Shown: positions 41,346-52,857 of the stretch, in pieces
How positions within the stretch are numbered: position 1 is the first letter of the stretch
How the letters are laid out: each line of letters starts with the position of its first letter
Assembly (NCBI GenBank): GCA_965215885.1
Contig: CBDCEW010000012.1
Span: 1-62,931, forward strand
Length of the DNA: 62,931 nt
Direction of reading: 5' to 3'
Source of the DNA: Candidatus Moanibacter sp.
GTDB lineage: Bacteria; Verrucomicrobiota; Verrucomicrobiia; Opitutales; UBA2987
Position numbers and translations under genes: made by a program
The notes under the pieces: model-generated
What the model was told of the DNA's origin: nothing
The model's database searches: none
What the model saw: only the letters and a program-made list of their open reading frames with translations

Positions 41346-41465
41346 ATTGGTTGGCAAGGAAGCACCCATACTGCTGAGCAGGTAGTTGCTTTGCCGACTG
41401 GGCAAAGGCGGCTGCCAGAGACACGGTATTGTCGCTTCCGTGGTCAGTCCGAAAATGAGTAGGTT

Positions 41466-42926
41466 TTACAACCTCGAGTAATAAGAGCCGTAAGACCATC
41501 TGCCTGTCCGCACGGAAAACGACGGGCGCAGTTCCTCTTTCCAGAAATTTCCGGCCAATCGGGTGAACTCTTTGACCTGTTCCTGGTAATCGTTGTCGGC
41601 GGCGAGATTCCTCTTTTCACCAGGATCGGATTCGAGGTCAAAGAGCTGGTCGGGCCAGTTCTCCATCTCATAGGTGGCGAATTTCCATTTGCCTTTCCGG
41701 ATCGTGAGCTGCGTGCCGGCAGACCAGCTGTGGGACTTTTTTTCATCGAGTTTCGAGTAATCGTAAAGTTCGCTGTAGGTAACCGCTTCGGGATCTTCCC
41801 CGGACTGATCATGAATAAGAGGTGCCAGACTTGAGCCGTCCAGTTCCTGCGGCTGGGGCAGGCTGACGAGGTCGCAGAGCGTCGGATAGAGATCGAGATG
41901 GTTGACATTCTGATGAATCATTTTCCTTTTCCAGTCCCGTCCGGGCGCGCTGATCAGCAAAGGGGCGCGGGCCGCGCCATCGAAAAAGACGAATTTCTCC
42001 CAGCAACCGAGTTCTCCCAGCATATCGCCGTGGTCGGAATGAAAGACGATGATGAAATCTTCGTAGACGCCGAGGTGCTCAAGTTTATCGATGACGCGCC
42101 GGAACAGCTCATCTGCTTCGGAAATCATTCCGCAGTAGGCCGCGGTGGCGCGCTGGACCTGTCGTTCTGTTACCTCCTTGCCTATTTCCAGCCGGCGTTG
42201 CTGCTGGCAGGGGTGGATTTCGTCCGGCGTCTCGGCGTAGGGATCGACCCGGTTCATGTAATAATTGAACCATTCTTCCCTGCAGATATATGGATAGTGG
42301 GGCAGGAGGAGGCTGACCTGCAGAAGGAGCGGCCGCTGGCCGGTGCGGTCGTAGTCGGGATCGGCAAAGAACTGGTCGAGAAACATGAAGGCACCGTCGA
42401 CCGCGTAACGGTCGTGCCGCGCCCAGTATCCTTCGCCATACCGTGCGCTGCGAACCTCGTCATCCCAGATCGATTTTCCGGTGCCGTCGATCGGGTCCAG
42501 AAGCTGGCGGGCGGCCACGCCGTCAAAACCCTCGTAGGCGGAGGCGGGAGTCGTCTGGTCGAATCCCATGCGGCGCTGCCAGCCGTGCATCTGATCCTGC
42601 CCCATAAAGTGCATCTTGCCCACGGCGGCAGTGCAATAACCGTGGTTGCCGAACCATTGGGGGTAGGTGACGACATCGGGTGCGATATCCTCTCCAAAAC
42701 GACGGCATCCGCAGTGACGTGGATACTGGCCGGACAGGATCGATTGGCGCCCCGGAACGCAGACGGGTGAGGGGACGTAGGCGTTGCGGAAGTAGGTGCC
42801 GTGTTCCGCTAACTCCTCGATGGTCGGGCTCTGCAGGTAGGGATGGCCCTCCATCGGCGTATGATCGGCCCGTTGCTGATCGGTCATGAGGATGAGGATG
42901 TGTGGCTTTTTTGGCTTCTTCATCAT
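41466..42926 (-). CDS. Sulfatase (choline-sulfatase-like)
   Basis: TDQQRAD, CVPGR, GKMHF, SDHGDMLG. Confidence 0.92.
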   Translation of the reverse strand: MMKKPKKPHILILMTDQQRADHTPMEGHPYLQSPTIEELAEHGTYFRNAYVPSPVCVPGRQSILSGQYPRHCGCRRFGEDIAPDVVTYPQWFGNHGYCTAAVGKMHFMGQDQMHGWQRRMGFDQTTPASAYEGFDGVAARQLLDPIDGTGKSIWDDEVRSARYGEGYWARHDRYAVDGAFMFLDQFFADPDYDRTGQRPLLLQVSLLLPHYPYICREEWFNYYMNRVDPYAETPDEIHPCQQQRRLEIGKEVTERQVQRATAAYCGMISEADELFRRVIDKLEHLGVYEDFIIVFHSDHGDMLGELGCWEKFVFFDGAARAPLLISAPGRDWKRKMIHQNVNHLDLYPTLCDLVSLPQPQELDGSSLAPLIHDQSGEDPEAVTYSELYDYSKLDEKKSHSWSAGTQLTIRKGKWKFATYEMENWPDQLFDLESDPGEKRNLAADNDYQEQVKEFTRLAGNFWKEELRPSFSVRTGRWSYGSYYSRL

Positions 42927-43087
42927 TATCGATTTTACCTGTAGAGCAAAGGTGGTCCGTGGCCTCCGGACGCGGAATAGGATCGAATGTGCAACCAGAG
43001 CTTATGCCGCGCCCGGAGGTCCCGGCCCACCCGTATTCGGCTGTTTCGATGGGTATCGATATTCAAGAGAGTTCGCTTAATCCGGGA

Positions 43088-43936
43088 CTATCCTTTTGAG
43101 ACTCCGGCCTCCTGAAATGCTTTGTCCAAAGCCGCGTACGACCGCCGCGCGGTTTGCTCGCTGTCGTATCCGTCGCGCGACCAGACGCGGGCGCTTACTT
43201 CCAGGGTGATGAAGTCCTCCCAACCGGCACGCTCCATGGCGCGCATATAAGCAGTGGAATCGAGCTCTCCGTCGCCTAGGATGTGAAAATCAAAGGTTCC
43301 ATCGCCGTGGCGGCGGGTATCCGTAATATGGGTGTGCGCGGTGACCGGCACCAGGCGCGGCACGCATTCTTCGATCGATTCGCCGGCAAGGTAGAAGTGG
43401 ACGATATCAAAATGCAGCCGCAGGTTAGGGCTGTCCACCGCCTCGATTACCTCGAGTGCCCGATCCGACCGGTCGACCGCCGCTCCGCAGTGGGCTTCAG
43501 CGGCGATTACGAAATCCTCTTCTTCAGCCAGTGCTGCATATTCTTTGAGACGTTCGATAATGCCGGGCTTGTCTTGTTCCCAGTTGGCGGTTTTGCCTCC
43601 AATTCCGGCAGATACAACGACGGGTTGGCGCAAGGCGAAATCACCCGCTAATCTTGCCGTGTCCATGATGAGATCGATGTTCATCGCGTGCTGTCCATCG
43701 TCCGGTTCCCACAGATGGGCGCCGATAACCATCATGGCGGGAACCCCAAGCTGATGAGCGGTCAGTAACTCCCGCACTCGTTGACGCCTTTCGGAATCAT
43801 AGTCCCTTGGCAGCGCATCGGTATGCCTGGGGCTGACGCAGATTTCGACTCCGTCGTAACCGATTGATTGCAGGAAGGGGATGGCCTCTTCCAGGCGCAT
43901 TTTGGGCATGGCATAGGTGCCGTAAGCGATCTTCAT
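43088..43936 (-). CDS. Sugar-phosphate isomerase/epimerase (xylose isomerase-like TIM barrel)
   Basis: GYDGVEI, EAH, FDIVH, HTHITD, TLE. Confidence 0.88.
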   Translation of the reverse strand: MKIAYGTYAMPKMRLEEAIPFLQSIGYDGVEICVSPRHTDALPRDYDSERRQRVRELLTAHQLGVPAMMVIGAHLWEPDDGQHAMNIDLIMDTARLAGDFALRQPVVVSAGIGGKTANWEQDKPGIIERLKEYAALAEEEDFVIAAEAHCGAAVDRSDRALEVIEAVDSPNLRLHFDIVHFYLAGESIEECVPRLVPVTAHTHITDTRRHGDGTFDFHILGDGELDSTAYMRAMERAGWEDFITLEVSARVWSRDGYDSEQTARRSYAALDKAFQEAGVSKG

Positions 43937-44339
43937 GACCTATTAATTTCCTAAAGCAGCCTTCGGCCGCAACCAAATTAAAAAGCCGATAAGAGAAGAG
44001 GGGTCACAGAGCACCACGGAGGACCACAGAGATACACGGAGTTGAACAAGGAAAGCCCTTCGTCGCGCTGAGCGGGATCAGAGCCCTGAGGGTTCCCCGC
44101 AGTGAGCCCCTCGTCCAGCTGAGCGGGATCGGGCAGGCTTGTCGAACCGTCGAACGAGCAACCAAAGAGTTCGGAATTCTGGGGACCATAGGACAGAAGA
44201 CACGCCACAGAGAAACACTGAGCCCCCGACGCCAATGCTGGCTTTGGCGTGCCAAGGAAGCACAGAGGCACCTAGCTCAGCAAAGCCGCAACCGAAACGC
44301 TTGACCCAATTTACCACTACGTGGTAATATGACCTAAAG

Positions 44340-44639
44340 ATGGCGATCAGAAGCTTCAAGAACCGCGCAACCGAGGATATTAACTATGGGAGAAACTCTA
44401 AGGCGGCGAGAAAGCTTCTTCCGAAAGAGCTTCACCAAAGAGCTCAGATAAAGATGGCTCGGTTAGGCGCCGCTACGTCACTAGAAGATCTAAGGGAACT
44501 CAGGGGCAATCGACTTGAAGCACTTAAAGGAGATAGGCGAGGAAAGTACAGTATTCGTGTTAATGACCAATATAGAATTTGCTTCGAATGGCAAGGTGAA
44601 CATGCGTTCGAAGTCGAGTTAGTAGACTATCATTCGTAA
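44340..44639 (+). CDS. higB: HigB (RelE/ParE-like) toxin
   Basis: GNRLEALKGDRRGKYSIRVNDQYRICF..DYH; palindrome ttaccac-tac-gtggtaa upstream. Confidence 0.93.
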   Translation: MAIRSFKNRATEDINYGRNSKAARKLLPKELHQRAQIKMARLGAATSLEDLRELRGNRLEALKGDRRGKYSIRVNDQYRICFEWQGEHAFEVELVDYHS

Positions 44640-44655
44640 CTAAAGGAGACGAGAT

Positions 44656-44940
44656 ATGAGCAAACATCACATTACTCCCGTACATGCTGGAGCCGTTCTA
44701 CAGGATGAAATTGATGAACTTGGAATCACTCAAGTTGCTTTAGCCGAGCATATCAACGTATTGCCGAAAACGATTAACGAAATCTGTCGGGGTAAGCGGG
44801 GGATTAGTGCTGAAATGGCTATGAAGCTGTCACAGGCGCTCGGCGCCAGCCCGCAGTTTTGGCTCAACCTCCAAATTGGCTGGGAGCTAAGCCAAGTTGA
44901 TGAATCGGTAGTTGAGAACATCAGTACGCTCGTTGCTTGA
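44656..44940 (+). CDS. higA: HigA antitoxin (HTH)
   Basis: INEICRGKRGISAEMA..FWLNLQ. Confidence 0.93.
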   Translation: MSKHHITPVHAGAVLQDEIDELGITQVALAEHINVLPKTINEICRGKRGISAEMAMKLSQALGASPQFWLNLQIGWELSQVDESVVENISTLVA

Positions 44941-45227
44941 AGTCCGAGGCGCGTGGAGCGGTGGTCCTTCCGCTGTCCCCTTAAAGCACCATCGTGGCTC
45001 TCAATCCGTGCCATCCGTGGTGTCGCTAATCCGGATCGATCTCCCTTCGAAGGATGTCTCGCTGACAATCCGAACTTGATTATTCTCTAAAAAACACCTC
45101 GTAGGACGACAGCCGATCCCGAAGCGCAAAAACCCGTCGATTCCCCGTATTTGAGCCTGTCGTTCAATTCTCCACTCCGTTTCTCTCTGTTTCCTTCTGT
45201 TCAATTCTCTTCTCCGCGTAAGGACCT

Positions 45228-46004
45228 TTAGGTTGCTTCTGAAATCACGTTGTTGCTCAACGAACCGATTCCTTCGATTTCGATTTCGACAATGTCGCCC
45301 GGTGCCAGCGGCCCAACTCCCGAAGGTGTTCCCGTCATGATGACGTCACTCGGCAATAGCGTAATCGCTTCGCTCAGGTAGGCCACTAACTGCGGTACAG
45401 AGAATATCAGATCAGAGGTATTCGCGTCCTGCATGGTCTCCCCGTTAACCCGCGTCGTCAGTCTCAGGCCCGAGGGATCGACGTCGGTCTCGATCCAGGG
45501 ACCGAGAGGTTTGAAGGTGTCGAAGCCCTTGCCAACCAGCAGACAACCGAGATCCATTTCCGCCGCTTGAATAACCCGTTCACTGACATCATTGCCGCAG
45601 GTATAGCCTAAGACATGATTGAGCGCGTCTCCTTCAGAAACCCGACGGGTTCGTCTGCCGATGACAACGGCCAGTTCGCCTTCGAAATGAACACTTTTCC
45701 CCTGCAATGGATAGACAATCGCGTCGCCGGGACCGATCACGGCAGTCGACGGCAGCATGAATACCATGGGTTGCGGAGGGTGTTCCTTTCCGCTCTCGGC
45801 TGCGTGTGCCGCGTAATTGAGTCCGACGCCGATGAGACGCGGCGATTCGACCGGGGCCAGCAGCCGGACCGTATTCAGGGGCAGTGATTCATCGGTTGTA
45901 TCCAGACTCTCATAGGGAGATCCGGAGAGCGGGCGAATGCGGTCCTGCTCCTCGAGTAAGCCATGATGCGTTTTATCTTCGTGTTGGTAGCGTACTATTT
46001 TCAT
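45228..46004 (-). CDS. Fumarylacetoacetate hydrolase family protein
   Basis: GLNYAAH, FEGEL, NDVSER, KGFDTF, TGTPSGVG. Confidence 0.93.
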   Translation of the reverse strand: MKIVRYQHEDKTHHGLLEEQDRIRPLSGSPYESLDTTDESLPLNTVRLLAPVESPRLIGVGLNYAAHAAESGKEHPPQPMVFMLPSTAVIGPGDAIVYPLQGKSVHFEGELAVVIGRRTRRVSEGDALNHVLGYTCGNDVSERVIQAAEMDLGCLLVGKGFDTFKPLGPWIETDVDPSGLRLTTRVNGETMQDANTSDLIFSVPQLVAYLSEAITLLPSDVIMTGTPSGVGPLAPGDIVEIEIEGIGSLSNNVISEAT

Positions 46005-46184
46005 ATGCTATGTGTTGGTTGGATTATGAGTCAGTTCAAGCGCCGGCTACCACTTCGCAGCGGATTCGACCCGTCGTCGCTGCTCCCGCCGAGCGGGACG
46101 AGGCAAGCAGGTTCACCGATTGCCACTCGACGAGCTCATGGGAGCCCGGATCAAACAGGGGTGAAACTAGCCGCAGCTGCGGGA

Positions 46185-46249
46185 CGAAAAGCTTCCGCTT
46201 TCCGCTACGTTCTGAATCGAAGTTTGTAGCGGAAAGCGGAAGCTTTTCG
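46185..46249. repeat. GTAG-type REP doublet, copy 2
   Basis: Same 24-bp arms as 2839-2903 with a diverged spacer. Confidence 0.85.
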
Positions 46250-46284
46250 ATGTTCCTACATTGAAGGTTCAGGTCAGCCACTTC

Positions 46285-47210
46285 TTAAAAATTGCCACAG
46301 CTCTCAGTCAGGTAATCATCGTCGACGCGGCCGTCGTGAACGATGACTCGAACACTGAAATCGAGAGATGCGTCTTCATCAAGGATGATTGCTTCCTCGT
46401 GGAATGGGTTCACGGTAATGAGTCCCCACTCTCTGACAGACCAGGAGAGAGGCTCATTGGATAATTTGGGAATGACGGTCACTCCGGCTTCCCGATCGGA
46501 GTTGATTTCACCCGTACAGTCAACCCAGGATGCGAGTGCCTGGTTGATGGTTTCGGGATCGGTGTGATGGTTTCGGGATCGGTGTGGCCTTCCGCGTCCC
46601 GTATTTTCGCACCCGCCGAGGGACGTAACGAATCGATCAGCCGCACCCCGAAATAAGCATGCCGCGTCGGCCCGATGCGCAGCTTCCATTCCCCCGGGGT
46701 CAGTGTGGAGTGCAGGTCGATAATCGTCGCCGTCTCGTCCGTCTGGATGCGATACGCTCTTTCTTCGGTGGCGAGGTTGCGCCCCTGTGGAGCTCCCCAT
46801 TCGTTTGGACCGCGCCAGACCAACGATTGTGTGATTGCATAATCGTTACCATTAGCGTGCGTTTCCTTGATTGAATCACTGATAATGCTTCCCGGCGCAC
46901 GCCCTTGAAAGGTTTCGTTGACATAGAAATTATAGTCGGATTCTTCATGTCGATTGCCGGAAAAGGGCAGATAAGCGCATATGTGATCACTGGCGATCCA
47001 CAGGGAGTTGTGGTGAGGGTGATCCAGGGGCGATTCCGTTGTCACCGCCAAACCAGACGGCGTGTAGACGGGATAGAGATAATGACGGTATTCGCCCTGG
47101 CTGAAGGCGAAGACCGGTTCCCCGCTATGCATGACCCATAGCCTCTTTGCCTTGGTGTAGGCACCTGCAGGCAGCGATACGAGGTCCTCAATTAACTCAA
47201 ATGAATTCAT
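46285..47210 (-). pseudogene. DUF6807/PmoA-like protein frameshifted by a 20-bp tandem duplication
   Basis: YLYPVYTPSG..DHPHHNSLW; tgatggtttcgggatcggtg x2 at 46545-46584; C-terminus continues in another frame to VIVHDG. Confidence 0.75.
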
Positions 47211-47348
47211 GCTCAGTTGGCATTATCAATTAATAGAACCGATTCAACATTACCGCTCGCGGCGATCATCTTGCCGAGGGTTATAGAAGCAAGTAGTTTC
47301 AGTTGCCAAATATACCCTGATCGGTCATCTCCAACGTAAGCAGGTTTC

Positions 47349-47831
47349 ATGAACAAAGAGAACGGAGCGAAAAAGCGGGAGGTGACGATTGCCTGTCTTC
47401 GCTTTCAGATGGCGCTGGGGCGAATCGGTATCCTTATTTGCATGGACCGCTATTATCCGGAGGCGGCACTTACCCTGGCGGCGAAGGGCGCGGAGATCAT
47501 CCTCATGCCCTCGACGAGCAACCCCACGCGCGAGGAAGTGATGAAGGAGATCGCCGGAGGTCCCAGGGCCCCGGCTTATCCCATGCTGGATATCGAGACC
47601 TGCCATAAAGAGCATCTGTTGCGGACGCGTGCCATGGATTGTGCCTGCGTTTGGGCGGAGGCGCATTCGCTTAAGGGCTTTATCATCGATCAGCGGGGAC
47701 GGATCCTCGCTCGCGGCAACCATCGCGATCCCAATGATGAGGTCATTATCGCGACCACGACTCTCGAGGATCAGGAACGGTTGCGCGCCGTCTATTTACG
47801 TAGCCGCCGGCCGGATTTGTACGATTTCTAA
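47349..47831 (+). pseudogene. Carbon-nitrogen hydrolase, internally deleted fragment
   Basis: GRIGILICMDRYYPE..GAEIILMP..RRPDLY; catalytic E/K region absent. Confidence 0.75.
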
Positions 47832-48092
47832 ATATGCGGATGACTTTCCCACGGATTCAAGCCGTCTTCGCCCTTCGTGCTTCGCCGAGATAAATTGGGC
47901 TTCGCCGAGCCAGGGAAAACCGCGGATTACGCGGATTGCGCCGATGAGAGAAACGAGCAGCGGGTTCGCGAAAGCATCCGTCTTCTTGCGAAGACGGCTA
48001 CGAACATATGTCCCGGCTTGCCGGGGTAGGAAGCTCGCTTGCGAGCGATAATCCCGTTATCTTAGCGCCAATTTAGTCAAAGGAGCAAATAT

Positions 48093-49200
48093 ATGAAAAA
48101 CGAAAAACCGGATATCGTCGTCTTCATGACGGACCAGTGGAACGCACGGTGCCTGGGGCACCTGGGAACACCATCGGTGCGCACGCCGCACATAGACAAA
48201 TTGGCGGAAGAAGGGACGGCCTTTTCCGCCGCTTACACCGCCAGTCCGGTTTGCCAGCCGGCGCGAGCATCCTTTTCCAGCGGCCTCTACCCGCATAACC
48301 ATCATTTCTGGTCGAATTACACCGGCCGCAGGTTCCCGGCAGAAGAAATGACGATGTTTCGAGACCTTGGATGCGCCGGGAAAGTACGGCACCCTATTCG
48401 ATCCCGCCGACATGGTTCTCGACGAGAGCGTGCCCACAGAGATCGCAAAGCAGACCCGGGAACTGCAGGCGAACTACTACGGCAAATTGGCGCATCTGGA
48501 CGACCGCATCGGCGATCTGATCGAGGCCTTAAAAGAAAGGGGTAACTGGGATAATACGGTGGCGGTGTTCACGTCCGACCACGGTGAGTATCTCGGGCGC
48601 CACGATAAGTGGGGCAAGGGAAGTTTTCATGAGGAATCGGCACGGATTCCGATGGTGATTCGCTGGCCGGGAGAGTTTCAGAAGGGCGTGAAGACCGAGG
48701 CGCTTGCGGAGTGGCTTGATATCTATCCCACCCTGGTGGAGGTCGCAGGTGGGGAGATGTCGCCCAACCGGTTCGGCACGTCGCTGGTTCCTTTTCTCTC
48801 CGGCGAGGCGGAGAGCCCTCACGCCGCGGTTTTTTCCGAAATACAAGGCAAGGACGGCAAGGGCGATTTCATGGTGCGCACGCCGGAATACAAGTGGTTT
48901 GTGCGCTCGGGTGTGGAGCATCTTTTCGACATGCGGAATGATCCCTACGAACTGAATGATCTGGCTGATGATCCGCATCACCAGGGCAAAGTCGTGGAAT
49001 TGAAACTGCGCCTGCTCGAGTTCTTGCGCGCGACGCAGGTCAACTATTCAGCCGGCTATCGAAACCTGTTCAACCGTCTCGTATTCGATTCGGCGGATAG
49101 AGAGGGCATGGCGGAACGGCTGGAAGCGCTGTTCACCGAGTTACATTTTGGCGATCGCGAAAAAGTAGCGGATCAGCTTCGCGAAATGGGAATGTCATGA
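48093..49200 (+). pseudogene. Sulfatase with internal deletion/frameshift near 48368
   Basis: TDQW..CQPAR N-terminus fused out of frame to the SDHGEYLG C-terminal half. Confidence 0.8.
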
Positions 49201-49500
49201 GAGGGCCTCTTGCTACCGGTGTGGTCTGACGGGGGTTTCCCGTAGAATTCTCCCGGTTGCCAAATTAGTCCGCTTATTTCACAGAATAAGCTGACTAGAA
49301 TGTGAAACCCACCTTCTTGCGAAGGCGGCTACAAGGTCAAGGCAGCCAGGCGAGAGGGGCGTCGGTGTGCAGGGAGGTAGCCGCGCTCGCAAGAGCGTGG
49401 ACGGGTGATCGACCGAGAAAGTTCGCGACGAAGATTACGACGAAGATCTTCGAACAGAACCCATATTGACACAGGTTATAGATTGTGTATTGTGTTATAT

Positions 49501-49731
49501 ATGAAGACAATTGCGGTGTCCGAATCGGCTTATCGGCGTCTTTCTAACTGGAAATCAGGGAAGAAGGATTCTTTTTCCAAGGTGATTGAACGGATGGTTC
49601 CGCCAAAAGGGACGTTCAAAGCCGCCCTCAAGGCAGCGGAATGCCTTCCGAATTTCGATGAGGAGGAATTCGAGAAACTGGAGGAATCTATCAGGGCCAC
49701 TCGTGAGCCGATTTCTGATCCATGGAAGTAG
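49501..49731 (+). CDS. VapB-like antitoxin
   Basis: MKTIAVSESAYRRL..SFSKVIER; TTGACA-16-TATTGT just upstream (possibly leaderless). Confidence 0.82.
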   Translation: MKTIAVSESAYRRLSNWKSGKKDSFSKVIERMVPPKGTFKAALKAAECLPNFDEEEFEKLEESIRATREPISDPWK

Positions 49732-50093
49732 TTGCCGATACGACGGTGCTGGTTGATATCTGGCGGCACCGGCGGAATCCGAAACGGCTGAAGGATTTGA
49801 GGGACAAGCTGGGGCAGGCAGAGATCCTGGTACCTTGGATCACTCAAGCGGAGTTTTCGCGGGGAGCCATTTACAAAGGGGTAAAGCCGGAGATCCTGAC
49901 CCGGTTCTACGACGGCTTCACGCTGCTGCCGCTTCAGCAGGGCAGCATCGACATCTATACGGATCTTTGGGGAACGTTGGCCCGGAAGGGAAAAATGGTT
50001 GATTATCCGGACCTTTGGATTGCCTCCGCGGCCTTGGAACGAAACGTGCCCGTCGCCACGCGTAATCCCCGTCACTTTCAAGTGATACCGAAT

Positions 50094-51412
50094 CAGTACT
50101 GTCCGGTTATAAGTCAAACAACTCCAACTGTTTAGGAATGCGGTGTTCATTGAAAGTGTAATCGGTTTCTGTAAGTAGTTCAGTCATAGGAGTTTTCTCA
50201 AATAGGGTGAAGCTGAGAATCTGTAGGATTTTGTGCAAACTGATCTCCAGGCGAAGGCGTTTGCGGATGATGGCGATGAGCACATAGACGCTGACGGCAA
50301 TCCAGATTTGAGTCTTCACAGCATTCTCGGAGGTGCCGAAAAAGCTCTTGATGCGCAAGTGCTGTTTGATCCATTTGAAGAACAATTCGATCTGCCAGCG
50401 TAAACGGTAAATCTGGGTGATGATTATGGCTGGGAGGGCAAACTGGTTGGTGAGAAACACGAAGCGCTCGGAACTGTCGGGGTCGAGGTAAGTGATACGC
50501 CGGAGTCTTTCGGGGTAGGCCTTGGCAGGATAGAAGCTGACCAGGGCAACGGTCTGGTCCGAACGCAGACCGGTTGATTTGTCGACCTTTTGAGAGTAGA
50601 GGCGGCGAAACTGAAAGCCGCGGCGGGCGCGTGTGACGAAGAAAGAACCGCATTGTGCGATCCGATAGAGGCGCTCGTAATGCAGATAGGCTCGGTCCAT
50701 TACATAGTAAGCACCGGCCTCGGGGATGATGAGATCCAGAATGTTTACGTCGTGAACTTTTCCATCGGTAATCTCGATAAAATAAGGGATAGAGCCTCTG
50801 AGATCGAGAAGCGTATGGACCTTCACCGCCCCCTTGTGCTTGCGGAAACGTGCCCACGGGAAGAGTGATAGACATAGATCGATCGTGGTGGAGTCCAGAG
50901 CGTAGAGCGTATTGTCCAGGTCGATGCCCAGATCCTCGTTTGAATACAAAGGACGAGCCATTGCGATGAGGACCTGTGCAAAGTCGGCGTAGATGCGCCA
51001 GTCTCGTTTCTCGTTGGCATCGGCGAGCGTGCTTTTGGATACTCCGCTTCGAATCCCTGCGTGGTATAGTTTTGGTTGTACTGCCCGCAGGCAGGTTTCG
51101 ATGTCGCGCAGACTCTCCCGGTAGGTCAACTCGGCAAAACCCATGCAGAGAAATTGTTCGAAGCAACTGAACTTTTGAACTTTGTAGTCGCCTCCGTAGC
51201 GTTGGACGCAACGATGGAACTGATGGCGCGGAAGATAATCTATGATTTGAGAAAAAACGAATCGACCTGTATACATGATTTGGACCCTCGAAATTTTTGA
51301 GAGTCCACAAGGCTTTTTGCAATTTCAAGTCGAAAACAGCAGAAATCATATGTAAAATGTTGGTTATCAATCGATTAACCTGCGTTCCTAGAAAAACAAC
51401 CGGACAGTAGTG
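50094..51412 (-). mobile_element. IS4-family element, complete (1319 bp)
   Basis: TIRs cagtactgtccggtt / cactactgtccggtt; 9-bp target duplication ataccgaat (50085-50093, 51413-51421). Confidence 0.95.
50107..51276 (-). CDS. IS4 transposase (DUF4372 plus DDE)
   Basis: DSTTIDL, MDRAY, YRLRWQIELFFKWIKQHL. Confidence 0.95.
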   Translation of the reverse strand: MYTGRFVFSQIIDYLPRHQFHRCVQRYGGDYKVQKFSCFEQFLCMGFAELTYRESLRDIETCLRAVQPKLYHAGIRSGVSKSTLADANEKRDWRIYADFAQVLIAMARPLYSNEDLGIDLDNTLYALDSTTIDLCLSLFPWARFRKHKGAVKVHTLLDLRGSIPYFIEITDGKVHDVNILDLIIPEAGAYYVMDRAYLHYERLYRIAQCGSFFVTRARRGFQFRRLYSQKVDKSTGLRSDQTVALVSFYPAKAYPERLRRITYLDPDSSERFVFLTNQFALPAIIITQIYRLRWQIELFFKWIKQHLRIKSFFGTSENAVKTQIWIAVSVYVLIAIIRKRLRLEISLHKILQILSFTLFEKTPMTELLTETDYTFNEHRIPKQLELFDL

Positions 51413-51539
51413 ATACCGAATCTAGAAGTGATCCGTTATGAAATTCTGTAACGGGGTTGGGCACTACAGTGTGCTGCACGGGGGCGGGTATCCTTCACGT
51501 CCGGCGATGCCCCCTTGTCGGAGGAGACGGTCATCGGCA

Positions 51540-51755
51540 ACGCGAATCCCTACAATCGACCGGATGGTCCGGCGGATCGCCGAAAAGTTCCATCCGGATC
51601 GAGTGATTCTATTTGGGTCGCACGCCCGCGGTAGCGCGGATTCGGACAGTGATGTGGATCTGCTCGTGGTAATGCCGGTATCTGACTCCAAACGCTCGAG
51701 CCAGGTCGATATCCGCGGAGCCCTTCGAGAGATTCGGGTTCCGGTCGATATTATA
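51540..51755 (+). pseudogene. Minimal nucleotidyltransferase fragment
   Basis: VILFGSHARGSADSDSDVDLLVV..PVDII, then unrelated sequence. Confidence 0.75.
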
Positions 51756-51991
51756 GACCTAACTCTGCCACATGGGAAACCAGCCGTATCCGGGCTGAAG
51801 AATCTGTTCATCGACGCGGCCGGAGACCTCATCCACCGATGCCTCAAGCATCTCACGGCGGAACGGTTCAAGCATAAATTCGCCGGGTCGGCCAAGCGCC
51901 CCCAGCCGGTCACACTCCGTGGGGAAGGGTTCTGAAACATCGGTCACCTCGTCCACGTCGGCAACGATCATCTCTTCGCGAACCACCTTTG

Positions 51992-52405
51992 CTACTCTGG
52001 GAGGATGAGGTTTAACGGTTCGTTACGCAGGCCTCGGCAGGATTCGAAGTCGCGGCGGTCCGTAGTGATGAGGGTTGCCTTGGAAGAGACCTCCGCGAGC
52101 GCTACGAGGGAGGCGTCGACGGAGTCCATTCCAGGGTATTTGAGCATGATCTCCTGCGAGGCGGCGAGGTGCTCCGGCCAGGGCCGCGCGAGGACGATGG
52201 CACCTTTCCGCACGAGGTTAAGCAGGGCATGAACGGGGCGGGCGTTGCCGCCCAGGTGCCAGCAGGCCTCACCGAGAACAATCTCCGTTGTGTGAAGAGG
52301 GCCTCGACGCTCCGAAAGCACCGCAACGCTCCAGTTGTGCCACTGGTCCGAGGCGTTGAGCCAGCCGACGAGCGGGCCGGCGTCAACGATCGTAGCGATC
52401 TCCAT
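51992..52405 (-). CDS. vapC: PIN-domain toxin
   Basis: IVDAGPLV, EA, MDSVDASLV, TTDRRDF. Confidence 0.85.
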   Translation of the reverse strand: MEIATIVDAGPLVGWLNASDQWHNWSVAVLSERRGPLHTTEIVLGEACWHLGGNARPVHALLNLVRKGAIVLARPWPEHLAASQEIMLKYPGMDSVDASLVALAEVSSKATLITTDRRDFESCRGLRNEPLNLILPE

Positions 52406-52610
52406 AGCCTTCGCGGACTGAGAGGTCCGGGGCGCCTTCGAACATGGCGCGGTAAGGCTCGGCAAACCGCGCGAAATCAACTTCTCCCTCCTCGATCTCG
52501 CGCGTCAGGGCACGACGGGCGAGCTCGGGAAAAGTCTCCTTTCGCCTCGCCATGGTTTTCCGGATTCTAGCTTCGAGCGCATCGGGAATTTTGAGCGTCA
52601 TGGTTCTCAT
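52383..52610 (-). CDS. RHH antitoxin
   Basis: MRTMTLKIPD..ELARRAL..GAPDLS; overlaps the PIN gene. Confidence 0.78.
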   Translation of the reverse strand: MRTMTLKIPDALEARIRKTMARRKETFPELARRALTREIEEGEVDFARFAEPYRAMFEGAPDLSVREGYGDRYDR

Positions 52611-52857
52611 GGTAATACCCACAGTAATACGCGCAGCGATGGGGTCAAGGAGATCTTGGGGGAAAGGCGAGTAAAAGGGAGACGATCAGGTGCTCTTCGA
52701 ATTCGACGTCAACTACATCGCGCCGAACCCGAACCGGCTCGTTCACTTTGCCAATGCTTCCCTGGGAAGGACCACTTCGAGGGAGTTGCGCACTTTGCCT
52801 AGTTTGATTGGCGCATTCTGCGCTTGATTATTCCGAATTACAGTGTAAAACGGAAAT

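Larger units (their letters stand above)
49722..51452 (+). pseudogene. vapC: VapC PIN toxin interrupted near its 3' end by IS4
   Basis: DTTVLVD, DLWIA, TRNPRHF; native end IPNLEVIRYEIL-stop lies beyond the IS. Confidence 0.85.

Noticed and set aside
50198..51370. 390-aa overlapping ORF in IS4 as a second gene
   Set aside because: Alternate-frame shadow with Arg/Ser/Pro-rich composition and no motifs; its recurrence reflects IS copy identity
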